Both the position numbers and the translations under genes were made by a program. Below the pieces are notes generated by a model that saw only the letters and a program-made list of their open reading frames with translations, was not told the DNA's origin and made no database searches. From the NCBI RefSeq assembly GCF_009914755.1, contig NC_060933.1: a DNA stretch of 64,000 nt. The stretch is one strand, 5' to 3'. The number at the start of each line of letters is the position of its first letter. Position 1 is the stretch's first letter. Shown here in pieces: positions 1 to 18,059 of this stretch. The DNA comes from the human T2T-CHM13v2.0 reference genome, Homo sapiens.

Positions 1-3000
1 TATAAAGCAATTACTACTAGACCTAAGAAATGAGATAGACAGCAACACAATAACAGTGGGGGACTTTAATACTCCACTGAGAGCACAAGACAGGTCAACA
101 AGACAGAAAATCAACAAAGAAACAATGGACTTAAAAACTATACCCTAAAACAAATGGACTTAACAGATATTTACAGAACATTCTACTGAATAACTGCAGA
201 ATATACATTCTATTCATCAGCACATGCAATATTCTCCAAGATAGACCATATGATAGGCCACAAAACAAGTCTCAGTAAATTTAAGAAAATTAAAATTATA
301 TCAAGTACTCTGTCAGACCACAGTGAAGTAAAACTGAAAATCAACTCCAAAAAAAACCCTCAAAACCATGCAAATACATGGAAATTAAATAGCCTGCTCC
401 TGAATGATCATTGGGTCAACAATGAAATCAAGATGGAAATAAAAAAAAATCTTTGAACTGAATGATAATATTGACACAACCTGTCAAAAACCTCTGGGAT
501 ACAGCAAAAGTGGTGCTAAGAGGAAAGTTCAAAGCATTAAGTGCCTACATCAAAAGTCTGAAAGAGCATAAATTGACAATCTAAGACCACACCTCATGGA
601 ACTGGAGAAACAAGAACAATCCAAATCCAAACCCAGCAGAAGAAAAGAAATAACGAATATCAGAGCAGAATTAAATGAAATTGAAACAAGAAAATACGAA
701 AGATAAATGAAACAAAAATCTGGTTCTTTGAAAAGATCAATAAAATTGATCGACTATTAGTGAGATTAACCAAGAAAAGAAGAGAGAAGATCCAAATAAG
801 CTCAATTAGAAATAAAATGGGAGATATTACAACTGATATCACAAAAACACAAAGGATTATTCAAGGCTACTATGAACACTTTTATGCACATAAACTAGAA
901 AACCTAGAGGAGATGGATAAATTCCTAGAAATATACAACCCTCCTAGATTAAACCAGGAAAAGATAGAATCTCTGAACAGACCAAAAACAAGCAGTGAGA
1001 TTGAAATAATAATTTAAAAACTACCAACAAGAAATAGTCCAGGACCAGAAAGATTAACAGCTGAATTCTATCAGACATTCAAAGAAGAATTGGTACCAAT
1101 GCTATTGACACTATTCCAAAAGATAAAGAGGGAATCCTCCGTAACATTCTATGACACCAGTATCATCCTAATACCAAAACCAGGGAAGCACATAACCAAA
1201 AAAGAAAACTACAGACCAATATTCCTGATGAACATAGATGCAAAAATTCTCAACAGAGTACTAGTAAACTGAATTCAACAGCATATAAAAAAGACAATCC
1301 ACCATGATCAAGTGGATTTCATGCAAGGGATGCAGGGATGGTTTAACACACATAAGTCAATAAATGTGATAGACCACATAAACATAATTTAAAACAAAAA
1401 TCACGTGATCATCTCAATAGATTCAGAAAAGGCATGTGACAAAACCCAGCATTCCTTTATAATTAAAACTCTCAGCAAAATCGGCATAGAAGGGACATAC
1501 TTTAAGGTAATAAAAGCCATCTATGACAAACCCACAGCCAACATTATACTGAATGGGAAAAAAGTTGAAAGCATTCCCCCTAAGAACTGGAATAAGAGAA
1601 GGATGTCTGCTTTCACCACTTCTGTTCAACATAGTAGTGGAAGTCCTAGCAAGAGCAATCAGACAAGAGAAAGAAATACAGGGCATCAAATTGGTAAAGT
1701 GGAAGCCAAACTCTCTCTGTTTACTGATGATATAATCATATACCTAAAAAACTCTAAAGACTCATCCAAAAAGCTCCTAGAACTGGTAAATGAATTCAGC
1801 AAAGCTTCAGGATAGAAAATTAATGTACACAAATCAGTAGCACTGATATACAACAACAGTGACCAAGCTGGGAATCAAATCAAGAACTCAATCCCTTTCA
1901 CAATAGCTGCAAATAAATAAATACATAAAATATTTAGGAATACCTAACCAAGGATGTGAAAGACCTCTACATGGAAAACTACAAAACACTGCCGAAAGAA
2001 ATCATAGATGACACACCCAAATGAATATATCCCATGCCTATGAATGAATAGAATCAATATTATGAAAATGACCATACTGCCAAAAGCAATCTACAAATTC
2101 AATGCAATTCCTATCAAAATACCAACACCATTCTTCACAGAACTAGAAAAAACAATCCTAAAATCTATGTGGGACCAAAAAAGAGCCTGCATAGTAAAGC
2201 AAGACTAAACAACAAATCTGGAGACATCACATTACCTGACTTCAAACTATACTATAAGGCCATGGTCATCAAAACAGCATGGTATTGGGGTAAAAACAGG
2301 CATATAGACAAATGGAATGGAAAGAAGAACCCAGAAATAAAGCCAAAGACTTATAGCCACTGACCTTCAGCAAAGCAAACAAAAACATAAAGTGGGAAAA
2401 GGACACCCTATTCAGTAAATGGTGCTGGGATATTGGCAAGCCATATGTAGGAGGATGAAACTAGATCTTCATCTCTCAACTTATACAAAAATCAACTCAA
2501 GATGGATCCGGGACTTAAACCTAAGACCTGAAACCATAAAGATTCTAGAAGATAACATTGGACTAAGAAAAACCTTTCTGGAAATTGGCTTAGGCAAAGA
2601 CTTCATGACAAATAACCCAAAAGCAAACACAACAAAAAGCAAAGATACATAAATAGGACTTACTTAAACTAAAAAGCTTCTGCACAGCAAAAGAAACAAT
2701 CAGCAGAGTTAACTGAAAACCCACAGAGTGGGAGAAAATCGTCACAATCCATACAACTGACAAAGGACTAATATCCAGAATCTACAAGGAACTCAGACTA
2801 ATCAGCAAGAAAAACAAACAAACAAACAAACAAACAATCCCATTAAAAAGCAGGTTAAGGACATGAGTAGACAATTCTCAAAAGAAGATATACAAATGGC
2901 CAACGAGCATATAAAAAATGCTCAACATCACTAACTATCAGAAAAATGCAAATCAAAACCACAATGTAATACTACCTCACTCCAGCAAGAATGGCCATAA

Positions 3001-3695
3001 TAAAAAAAACAAAAAGTAATAGATGTTGGTATGGATGCAGTGAAAATGAAACACTTTTACATTGTTGGTGGGAATGTAAACTAGTACAACCACTATCGAA
3101 AACAATTTGGAGATTCCTTAAAGAACTAAAGGTAGATCTACTGTTTGATCCAGTAATCCCACTACTAGGTATATATCTAGAGTAAAATAAGTCATTATTC
3201 AAAAAAGATACTTGCACATACATGTTTATAGCAGCACAATTCACAATTGCCAAAAATATGGAACCAGCCCAAATACCCATCAATCAATAAGTGGATAAAG
3301 AAAATGTAGCATATATATACCATGGAATACTGCTCAGCTATAAAAAGGTATGAAATAATGGCATTCACAGTGACTTGGATGGAATTGGAGACTATTATTC
3401 TAGGTGAAGTAACTCAGGAATAGAAAACCAGACATCGTATGCTCTCACTCATACGTGGGAGCTAAGCTATGAGGTTGCAAAGGCATAAGAATGATACATT
3501 GGACTTTGGGGACTTGGGGGAAAGGGTGAGGGGTGGCGAGGGATAAAAGACTACACATTGGGTACAATGTACACTGCTCAGGTGATGGGTGCACCAAAAT
3601 CTCAGAAATCATCACTAAAGAGCTTATTCATGTAATCAAATACCACCTGTTTCCCTAAAACGTACTGAAGTAAAAACATAAACAATTTTTTTAAA
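1..3695 (+). mobile_element. LINE-1, L1PB-type; degenerate ORF2 (end of endonuclease through RT and C-terminus) plus 3'UTR; continues upstream of the window
   Basis: ORF fragments match L1 ORF2p (IGHKTSLSKFKKI..., [29 protein letters not shown] = FADD RT motif, ETLLHCWWECKLVQP). 3'UTR GGATAAAAGACTACACATTGGGTAC...GGGTGCACCAAAATCTCAGAAATC is L1PB-style. Many frameshifts and stops. Confidence 0.95.
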
Positions 3696-3759
3696 AGAAT
3701 GAAGATGAAGAGGAAGAGGAAGAAGAATTGTCAGCAGAGGATAAGTAGAAGGGAGTGGA

Positions 3760-3890
3760 TTACTTCCATTGTACAGATTTGAAAACTGAGGTTGTATGAC
3801 TTGTCCCTGTCATATAGCAAGTAAACCCTGAGCAAAGACTTTAACCCAGTTTTGTCTTCCACTAAATTCTATATTATCTCTACTAAAGCA
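3760..3890 (-). mobile_element. MIR SINE fragment
   Basis: Core-like CATTGTACAGATTTGAAAACTGAGG...GACTTGTCC...GTCATATAGCAAGTAA. Confidence 0.65.
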
Positions 3891-4474
3891 GCTGTGTGTT
3901 GGCACAGCTATTAACTATGAATAAAAAAATAAAATTTAGAAATTCTACGGCTATCATACCTTCCAAAATAAGGCTGGCATCTTGCTTCAGAAACACCTCA
4001 TATGCCCTACGAACCCACCAAGCATCTTCCCCCAACCAGGAACAAAGACCCCAAAACTAAGATAGAAAAATCTAGAAGTCAAAACAACTATTATAATGTT
4101 GTAGGAGACTCTTTCATGACCTCACCTGAGGGCTATTAACTATTATTAAGATAAAGCTCAAGAGAGCATGCCTTTCTCATTACCAAGCCCATTATATAAT
4201 TCAGAGACCTTTTTTTTTTTTTAACGACAGTTATAAGTGACAGAAGGCAGTGTGGTAGCAAAGGAAGAGACAGAAAGGTCATCAAAAGCAGACACAGGAG
4301 AACTCGAACTTGCTCTGGAGATGATTTAAACATTTTGAGATGGACATTTTGATCAAAAGGAAAGACAGTAAGAAAAACAAGAAAAGGTCTGCCTATTGCC
4401 CTAATCCTCCTGAGTAAACCAGGAGCATTGCAGAGCTCACTCAACCTCTCAGGCTGACCTGGTATAGAAAAAAG

Positions 4475-4650
4475 AGCATGGCGATCTTGAATAGGTTACT
4501 AAACATCTCTGAGCTTCCACTTCCTCAGCTTTCAAATGGAAGGTCATAATGCCTCCTTTGCAGCACTGTAAGGACTGGCGATATGATATAGAAAGATCTT
4601 AATAGTTTCTGGTCTAAAGTAGGCCCTAAATAATAGAGGGCTCTTGTTAT
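4475..4650 (+). mobile_element. MIR SINE fragment
   Basis: TTACTAAACATCTCTGAGCTTCCACTTCCTCAGCTTTCAAATGG core. Confidence 0.6.
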
Positions 4651-5479
4651 TTTTATGATAATGGCATATATGAGGCATGGGGCAAAGAAGAGGCTCTGAG
4701 GGGATGGCTACCAGGTTTGGCTTGGGTAAACATGGGCACCTCCTATTTAATCCAGCCTTTGAGACCAGCTTCAAATATTATTTTCTAGAGTCACAATTTG
4801 CTAAACCAAGCAGTTCATGGGCCTTACTTCACAAATTATTACTTTGGTACTTTAAAAGCCTCCCATAACAAGAACCAGCCCTCTACAAGGCAGGCAAAGG
4901 AACAGAGCTGAGTTCCATAAGGAAATAATTCTCTCAGGGGTTACAGATGCATGGACTATATTTTATGGCCAGTGCTGGGTGAATTTTTAGCAAGGAGAGA
5001 AAGGCCATTTTTTTTCCTCTAATCACACAGTGGCATAGCTTAGATGCTTAGATTTGGACTGAACTATATCTTGCCCTAAAACTCTATTATGGATGTTACC
5101 TCTCATTTCATTGACAGAATATTTCTAACATGGATGGGATTCCCTGGTGAAAGAAAAAGAAAAGTCATTCTTGGTGGGGGACAGATTAGGCAGCTCCTAT
5201 TGTTTTAGTGGCTTCTGCCTATGTCTGCGTCCCTCACCAGAGTGGGAAAAATATCTTCTTACAAATTTTTGTTATAGACTTACCTAATAGGTGCTACGTG
5301 AAATGTAACTCGATTGACTGGAAGGCAAGTATACTGCTGAAACACAGTACTTTACTATTTCAGCCATAGATCATAACCAACATAGGTGAAAATGTTTCCA
5401 TGGGAAAATGTGGTCAGAGTTCCCTTCCGTGCAAAGGTGCCAGAAACACCTTTCCCTTGCAGGCTTTCACTGCTTTCTG

Positions 5480-5700
5480 AGAGGCAGCCTGGTGTAATGG
5501 AAAGAGCTCTATATTTGGAGCAAGATGACATGAGTTCCAGTTCAGCTTTCCTGCTCTGAGTTGAATGACCCTTAAACTCTCTGAGTCTCAGTTTCCTTCC
5601 CTGCCCAAAAGGCATAAAAACTCGTACTCCCTTGGTGTTTTGTGAACTGAAATGTTGGCAGAATCACTTTGAAAACCATAAAGTTCCCTGTACAATGTTG
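5480..5700 (+). mobile_element. MIR SINE (near full length)
   Basis: GAGGCAGCCTGGTGTAATGGAAAGAGC head and CTCTCTGAGTCTCAGTTTCCT core. Confidence 0.75.
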
Positions 5701-5918
5701 AAAACTTATTAGTACCTTTCTGATCTGCTGGGATGTGAGCCCCTCACATGACTTTCACATGAAAGTTGGCATTCCTTCTCAGGGTTACATGGCCAAGGTA
5801 CCCATTCCTCTCTGTAGAGATATGCCTGTTCTGTCTCTAAGCAGCCTAGGCATCTCTGATCCAAAAAAGCTTCAACTTCCAAAATTCATAAGCTCCAACA
5901 AAAAGAGAACTGAAGAGG

Positions 5919-6340
5919 AGAAGTGGAGCACTGGTATAAAGATACCTGAAAATGTGGAAGTGACTTTGGAACTGGGTAACAGGCAGAGCTTGGAATAGTT
6001 TGGAGGGCACAGAAGAAGACAGGGATATGTGGAAAAGTTTGAAACTTCCTAGAGACTTGTTGAATGGTTTTGACTGAAATGCTGATAGTAATATGGACAA
6101 TGAAGTCCAAGACAAGGTTGTCTCAGACGGAGATGAGGAACTTATTGGGAACTGGAGCAAAGGTCACTCTTGCTATGCTTTAGCAAATAAACTGGTGGCA
6201 TTTTGTCCCTGTCCTAGGGATCTGTGGAACTTTGAACTTTACATAAATGATTTAGAGTATCTCTGACAGAAGAAATGTCTAAGCAGTAAAGGATTCAAGA
6301 GGTGACCTGACTTTTTGGAACACATGTGGACAGTATGTGC
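5919..6340 (+). mobile_element. THE1/MST-internal (MaLR) fragment without LTRs
   Basis: Co-linear with 9030-9440 of the full THE1 element (AAAGATACCTGAAAA...AACTTCCTAGAGAC...GGAACTGGAGCAAAGGTCACTCTTG...TGACCTGACTTTTT); no flanking LTR sequence. Confidence 0.9.
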
Positions 6341-7289
6341 TGTAGATCATGCTCCTTCTTGGGGCCCTCCCAACAGAGCGTAGGCTGCAGGGTGGAAGAT
6401 GTGGCATAGGAGGAAGCACCAGAGCATGGGAGCAGGTGACTTCTTAGGAGTTAGGACTTCCTCATCGGCCCTCCCCTCATCCAGTCTGAGAGCCTTTGCA
6501 CCACAGATGGCTTCTGCCCTTTTTGGCCACTGTCATATATATAATCAAGCATCAGATTGAAACTCACATCCAAAAGCTATGCATCTCATCTCTAATAGTG
6601 GTCCATGAATTTGAGTGATTGTGGTAACCTGGGGCAGCAGGCACAGGAGAATTATTAAGCAAGCCACCTGCCTTCAATAGCAGTGGCAGAAGAAGTATTG
6701 AGAATTCCCAGTGTGCCTTCTCACTCCTTTATCCTGCAGGTGCCAGCTTAAGCAAAACTCCTACTATACTGTCTCCTTGTTGAAAGGTCGTTAATAATTA
6801 TCCATGGGCCTGAGAAAAATGTCAAAGCTCTTTACAGTCACCCTAAATAATGCAATCCCACTCACCATTCCAGACCCACTCTCTCCACAAACCATCCCTT
6901 ACAGATTCATTCACAAACAGACCTCCCAATTTCACACCTCTCTGCTTTTTCCTATGCTATTCCCTCAACTTGGTAGATCATTTCACCTTATCCTCTTGCC
7001 TGTCCCCATTACAGTCCTTCTTATTGACATCCTACTCATTTCTAAGGTCCGGCTCAAGTGCCATCTTCTCTAGGAAGACCTCTGTTATCCAAAACCTCCT
7101 CACAGCCCACTTCATTTGTTCTTCTCTAATCCAGACCCAACCTCTGTTATTTGGTGTTGATTTCTTTCACAAAAAGGATAAAAGAAGGTTCATATTCACA
7201 TATATGCTCCAGTTTCTTCTATATGCATGTGCACCACATTATGGAAACAGCTAAAAGCCCCTCTTTCCTTGCCTGTAATATGGGAATAA

Positions 7290-7712
<423 letters not shown>

Positions 7713-8658
7713 AATTTTTGATTCATCATGATTTTTAGTATGCATCCCTAGCAGATTTGTTTAAGCTTCTGATGAGCTCAGCCCGATATCTGTATCCTAG
7801 ATGCTCAGATCCAATTCTGGCCCAAAGCAAGTGATTAGAGAATGTCTGATGACACAAAGACCAATGAAACAGAATAGCAAGTCCAGAAATAAATCCACAC
7901 ATTTACAGCCAACTAATTTTCAACAAAGGAGCCAAGAATACACAACAGAGAAAGGACAGTGTCTTCAATAAACGGTGCTGGGAAAGCTGGATATTGACAT
8001 GCAGAAGAATAAAATTGGACTCTCACATCATGTACAAAAGTCAACTCAAAATGAAGCAAAGACTTAAATATAAGACCTGAAACTATAAAGTAACTAGAAG
8101 AAAACTGTGGAAAAGTTCCATCACATTGGTCTTGGCAATGATTTTTTAGATATGACCCCCAAAGCACTCACAACAAAGGCAAAAATAAACAAATAGGATT
8201 GCATCAAACTAAAATACAAAGGAAACAATCAACAGAGTGAAGACAAAATCTACAGAATGAGAGAATATATTTGCAATCCATACATCTGATAAGGGGCTAA
8301 TATCTAAAATATATAAGTAATTTCAAAAACTTAGTAAGAAAACAAATTGTCCAATTAAAAAATAAGCAAAGGACCTGAATAGACTTTTCTCAAAAAAGGC
8401 ATACAAAAGGCCAACAGGTATATGAAAAAATGCTCAATATCACTAACCACCAGATAAATGAAAATTAAAACTGCAATAAGAAATCACCTCACACTGTTAG
8501 AATGGCTACTATCAAAAAGATGAAAAGTAAATGTTGGCAAAGGTGTGGAGAAAGAAAACTTGTACACTATTTATGGGGATGGAAAGCAGCATGAGAATTC
8601 ATCAAAAACTTAAAACTACAACTTCCATATGATCCAGCCAATCCTACTACTGGGTATA

Positions 8659-10965
8659 TGATATAGTTTGGCTCTGTGTCCCCACCCAAATCTCATCTCA
8701 AATTCTAATCCCCATGTGTTGGGGAGGGGTTTGATGGGAGGTGATTGGGTCATATGGGTGGTCACCCCCATGCTGTTCTCATGATAGTGAATTCTCATCA
8801 GATCTGATGGTTTAAAAGTGTGGCACTTCCCACCCCCCTCACTCTCCCTTTCCTACCACCATGTAAGATGTGCCTTGCTTCTCCTACACCTTCCACCACT
8901 ACTGTAAGCTTCCTGAGGCCTCCCAAGCCACATAGAACTGTGAGTCAAACCTCTTTTCTTTATAAAGTACCCAATCTTAGGTAGTTCTTTATAGCAGTGT
9001 GAAAACAACTAATACAGAAAATTGGTACCAGAAGTGAGGCACTGCTACAAAGATACCTGAAAACATGGAAGCAACTTTGGAAGGGGGTAACAGGCAGAAG
9101 TTGGAACAGTTTTGAGGGCTCAGAAGAAGGCAGAAAGAATTGGAAAAGTTTGGAACTTCCTAGAGACCTGTTGAATGGTTTTGACTGAAATGCTGATGGA
9201 CAAGGAAGTCCAGGTTGAGGTGGTCTCAGATGGAGATGAGAAACTTATTGGGAACTGGAGCAAAGGTCACTCTTGGTATGCTTTAGCAAAGAGACTGGAG
9301 GCATTTTTCCCCTGCCCTAGAGATCTGTGGAACTCTGAAATTGAGAGGATGATTTAGGTTATCTGGCAGAAAAAATTTCTAAGCAGCAAAGCATTCAAGA
9401 AATGACCTGACTTTTTTTGAAAGTGTACAGTCATATGTGTTCACAAAGAGTTGGTCTGAAATTGGAACTTATGTTTAAAAGAGAAGCAAAGCATAAAAGT
9501 TTGGAAAATTTGCAGACTGCCCATGTGGTAGAAAAGAAAAACCCATTTTTTGCAGAGAAATTCAAGCCATCAGCTGCAAAAAAATTGCATAAGTAAAGAG
9601 AAACCAAATGTTAATAGCCAAGACAATGGGGAAAATATATTCAGGGCATTTCAGAAATTTTCACAGCAGCCCCTCTCATCACAAGCCTGGAGGCCTAGGA
9701 GGCAATAATGGTTTTCATGGCTGCTGCTCTATGCAGCCTTGGGACATGGCACCCTGCATTCCAGACGTTCCAGCTCCAGTCATGGCTAAAAGGGGCCAAG
9801 GTATAGCTTAGGCTGTCACTTCAGAGGGTGCAAGCCCCACGTCTTGGTGGCTTCCACATGATGTTGGGCCTGTGGATGTGCAGAAGACAAGAGTTGAGGT
9901 TTGTGAGCTTCTGCCTAGACTTCAGAGGATGTATGGAAATGCCTGAATGTCTAGGCAGAAGTCTGCTGCAGGGGAAGAGCCCTCATGGAGAACCTCTACT
10001 AAGGCAATGCAGAGGGGAAATGTGGGGTTGGAGCCCTTACACAGTGTCACCACTGGCTCACTGCCTAGTTGAGCTGTGAGAAGAGAGCCACCATCCTCCA
10101 GACCCCAGAATAGTAAATCCATCAACAGCTTGCATCATGCACCTAGAAAAGCTGCAAGCACTCAACATCAGCCTGTGAAAGTAGCCATGGGGGCTTACCC
10201 TGCAGAGCCACAGGGATGGAGTACCCGAGGCCTTGGGAGCCCACCTTTTGCATCACTGTGCCCTGGGTGTGAGACATGGAGTCAAAGGAGAGATTATTTT
10301 GGACCTTTAAGATTTAATGACTGTCCTGTTGGGTTTCGGACATGCATGTGACCTGTAGCCCCTTTGTTTTGGCCAATTTCTCCCATTTGTAATGAGGGCA
10401 TTTACCCAATGCCTGTATCCCCATTGTATCTTAGAAGTAACTAACTTGCTTTTGATTTTACAGGCTCATAGGCAGAAGGGACTTTCTTTGTCTCAGATGA
10501 GACTTTGGACTTGGAATTTGGGGTTAATGCTGGAATGTTGTGAAGGCACAATTGCATTTTGAAATGTGAGAAGGACATGAGATTTGGGAGGGGCCAGGGG
10601 CAAAATGATATGGTTTTGCTGTATCCCCACTCAAATCTCATCTAGAGTTGTAATCCCCACGTGTCAGGGGAGGGGCCTGGTGGGAGGTGATTGGATCATG
10701 AGGGCAGTCTCCCCTATGCTGTTCTCATGATAGTGAGTGAGTTCTCATGAGATCTTATCGTTTAAAAGTGTGGCACTTCCCTCCTCACTCTCTTTCCTGC
10801 CACCATGTAAGACATGTCCTGCTTCCCCTTCAACTTCCACCATGTTTGTAAGTTTCCTGAGGCCTTCCCAGCCATGGGGAACTGTGAGTAAATTAAACCT
10901 CTTTTGTTTATAAATCACCCAGTCTCAGGTAGTTCTTTATAGCAGTGTGTAAACAGACTAATACA
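8659..10965 (+). mobile_element. Full-length MaLR LTR retrotransposon, THE1D/THE1C-like (LTR 8659-9016, internal 9017-10605, LTR 10606-10965)
   Basis: Two ~360-bp LTRs TGATAT(A/G)GTTT...ACTAATACA with TG..CA ends; perfect 5-bp TSD GTATA (8654-8658, 10966-10970); purine-rich tract before the 3' LTR. Confidence 0.96.
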
Positions 10966-11097
10966 GTATATATTCAAAAGATATGAAATCAGTACGTCAA
11001 GGGGATATCTGCACTTCCATGTTCATTGCAGCATTAGTAACAATAGCCAAGATATGGAATCAACCTGAGTATTCATCAGTGGATGAATGGATAAAGT

Positions 11098-11100
<3 letters not shown>

Positions 11101-11158
<58 letters not shown>
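11101..11158. repeat. (AT)n microsatellite inside L1MA
   Basis: ~29 perfect AT units. Confidence 0.99.
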
Positions 11159-11164
<6 letters not shown>

Positions 11165-11774
11165 GAATATTATTAATCCTTAAAAAGAAGAAAATCCTCT
11201 CATTTGCTATATGGATGGACCTAGAGGACATTATGTTAAGTGAAATAAGCTAGGTACTGAAAGACAAATACCATACGATCTCACTTACAAATGAAATCTA
11301 AAATAGTCAAACTAATAGAGAGTAAAATCATGGTTACTACATGTTACCACTTTGGGTACTCAGGAAATGTTGGTCAAAGGACACAAAATTTTAGTTAGGA
11401 AGAATAAATTTAAGAGACCTATTGTACATCATGGTGACTATACTTAATAATATATTGTATGCTTGAAAATTGAAAAGAGAATAAATTGTGTGTTCTCATT
11501 ATGAAAAATTAGTATGTGAGGTAATGCATATCTGAAATAGTTTGATCTTAGCCATTCTACAATTTATACATATATCAAATATCATGCTGTATACCATAAA
11601 TATATATAATTTCTACTTATCAGAAAAATAAGTAACTAAAACAAGAAAATATCTGATGAATTAATGAATAAATGATAAAATGAATGAGCCAAACAGGAGT
11701 CAAGAAATAGGCCAGAAGACTCTTCAATATGAGAATAACCTTTTCCTCTCAACTAAATTAGAGTTCTCCTGATA

Positions 11775-11985
11775 TTCCTTTTTATAACACCTATCTTCCA
11801 TTCATAGCACCTCTCATGATTTGAATTGCCTACATATGTCTGTTAAGTCAATATCTGTCAGCTTCATTTGATAATCCCCCAATAGCGGGGACCATTTCTC
11901 TTTTTATTCCTTGAATACTCAGCACCTAGGACAGAGCATGACATGCAACTGGCACTAAATACATATTTATTAAATAAATGAATAC
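11775..11985 (+). mobile_element. L2 LINE 3' fragment
   Basis: CTCAGCACCTAGGACAGAGCATGACATGCAACTGGCACTAAATACATATTTATTAAATAAATGAAT 3' end. Confidence 0.7.
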
Positions 11986-12590
11986 ACAGATATTTTAAGT
12001 TATTAAAAAACAGAAAATTAATCCCTGATGGAATTTAAAGACAAAGTGTAGCATTTTATTCAATTACTATGTATTAATGTAAGCTGAGACACGTTCTTGG
12101 CCCCATCTCATCCATTAGTCTGAGTTAGGGGCATAGTCTGTGTTCTCATTTTCTCTTCCACTCTCTGTCGATGGAAACACTTATCATCTGTGTTGTGTTT
12201 GTCCATGTTCTTGTCTTCTGGCCTACTAGGCTATAATCTCCAAAATGGAACCACCTTTCATTCGTATTTATGTCTTAAATGTATGGCCATGGTACTCAAA
12301 TATGGCAATAGGGCATAATCACAATTCTAAAGTTCTTTTGACATATGATACAGAGGCCCTCTGCTTACTGATGTTTACAATTTTTTTATTATACTTTAAG
12401 TTCTAGGGTACATATGCACAACGTGCAGGTTTGTTACATATGTATACGTGTGCCATGTCGGTGTGTTGCACCCATTAACTCGTCATTTATATTAGGTATA
12501 TCTCCTAATGCTACCACTCCCCCTCCCCCCACCCCACGACAGGCCCCGGTGTTTGATATTCCCCTTCCTGTGTCCAAGTGTTCTCATTGT

Positions 12591-16410
<3,820 letters not shown>

Positions 16411-16469
16411 TATGATGTTAGCTGGTTATTTTGTTGGTTAGTTGATGCAGTTTCCTCCTAGCATCGATG

Positions 16470-17484
16470 GTCTTTGCAATTTGGCGTGTTTTTGCTGGTA
16501 CCGGTTGTTCCTTTCCATGTTTAGTTCTTCCTTCAGGAGCTCTTGTAGGGCAGGCCTGGTGGTGACAAAATCCCTTAGCATTTGCTTGTCTATAAAGGAT
16601 TTTTATCTCTCCTTCATTTATGAAGCTTAGTTTCGCTGGATATGAAATTCTGGGTGGAAAATTCTTTTATTTAAGAATGTTGAATATTAGCCTCCACTCT
16701 CTTCGGCTTGTAGAGTTTCTGCTGAGAGATCAGCTGTTAATCTGATGGGCTTCCCTTTGTTGGTAACCCGACCTTTCTCTCTGGCTGCCCTTAACATTTT
16801 TTCCTTCATTTCAACTTTGGTGAATCTGATAATTATGTGTCTTGGAGTTGTTCTTCTTGAGGATTATCTTTGTGGCTTTCTCTGTATTTCCTGAATTTGA
16901 ATGTTGGCCTGCCTTGCTAGGTTGGAGAAGTTCTCCTGGATAACATCCTGCAGAGTGTTTTCCAACTTGGTTCCATTCTCCCCGTCACTTTCAGGTACAC
17001 CAATCAGATGTAGGTTTGGTCTGTTCACATAGTCCCATATTTCTTGGAGGCTTTGTTTGTTTCTTTTTATTCTCTTTTCTCTAAACTTCTCTTCTTGCTT
17101 CATTTCATTCATTTGATCTTCAATCACTGATACCCTTTCTTCCAGCTGATCAAATCGGCTACTGAAGCTTGTGCATTCGTCACGTAGTTATCGTGCCATG
17201 GTTTTCAGCTCCATCAGGTCATTTAAGGACTTCTCTGCATTGGTTATTCTAGTTAGCCATTCTTCTAATCTTTTTTCAAGGTTTTTATCTTCTTTGCGAT
17301 GGGTTCAAACTTCCTCCTTTAGCTCGGAGAAGTTTGGTCTTCTGAAGCCTTCTTCTCTCAACTCCTCAAAGTCTTTCTCCGTCCAGCTTTGTTCTGTTGC
17401 TGGTGAGGAGCTGCGTTCCTTTGGAGGTGGAGAGGTGCTCTGATTTTTAGAATTTTCAGCTTTTCTGCTCTGCTTTTTCCCCAT
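16470..17484 (-). pseudogene. L1 ORF1p, disrupted
   Basis: ATG at 17482-17484 (minus); fragment EDQMNEMKQEEKFREKRIKRNKQSLQEIWDYVNRPNLHLIGVPESDGENGTKLENTLQD is the ORF1p coiled-coil/RRM junction. Confidence 0.93.
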
Positions 17485-18059
17485 CTTTGTGGTTTTATCT
17501 ACCTTTGGTCTTTGATGATGGTGACGTACAGATGGGGTTTTGGTGTGGATGTCCTTTCTGTTTGTTAGTTTTCCTTCTAACAGTCAGGACCCTCAGCTGC
17601 AGGTCTGTTGGAGTTTGCTGGAGGTCCACTCCAGACCCTGTTTGCCTGGGTATCAGCAGCGGAGGCTGCAGAACATCGAATATTGCTGAACAGCAAATGT
17701 TGCGGCCTGATCGTTCCTCTGGAATTTTCGTCTCAGAGAGTTACCCAGCTGTGTGAGGTGTCAGTCTGCCCCTACTAGGGGGTGCCTCCCAGTTAGGCTT
17801 CTCAGGGGTCAGGGACCCACTTGAGGAGGCAGTCTGTCTGTTCTCAGATCTCAAACTCCATGCTGGGAGAACCACTACTCTCTTCAAAGCTGTCAGACAG
17901 GGACATTTAAGTCTACAGAGGTTTCTGCTGCCTTTTATTAGGCTATGCCCTGCCCCCAGAGGTGGAGTCTACAGAGGCAGGCAGGCCTCCTTGAGCTGTG
18001 GTGGGCTCCACCCCTTTTGAGCTTCCTGGCCACTTTGTTTACCTACTCAAGCCTCAGCA

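Larger units (their letters stand above)
7853..11643 (+). mobile_element. 5'-truncated LINE-1, L1MA-type, interrupted by THE1 at 8659-10965
   Basis: ORF2 3' region and L1MA-like 3'UTR (GTATGTGAGGTAATGCATAT...AGCCATTCTACAAT). L1 resumes in register after THE1. Degenerate TSD AGAGAATGTCTGATGA (7837-7852) / AGAAAATATCTGATGA (11644-11659). Confidence 0.9.

Noticed and set aside
9017-10605. THE1 internal ORFs as coding genes
   Set aside because: Short broken frames of the non-autonomous MaLR internal region; no intact ORF.
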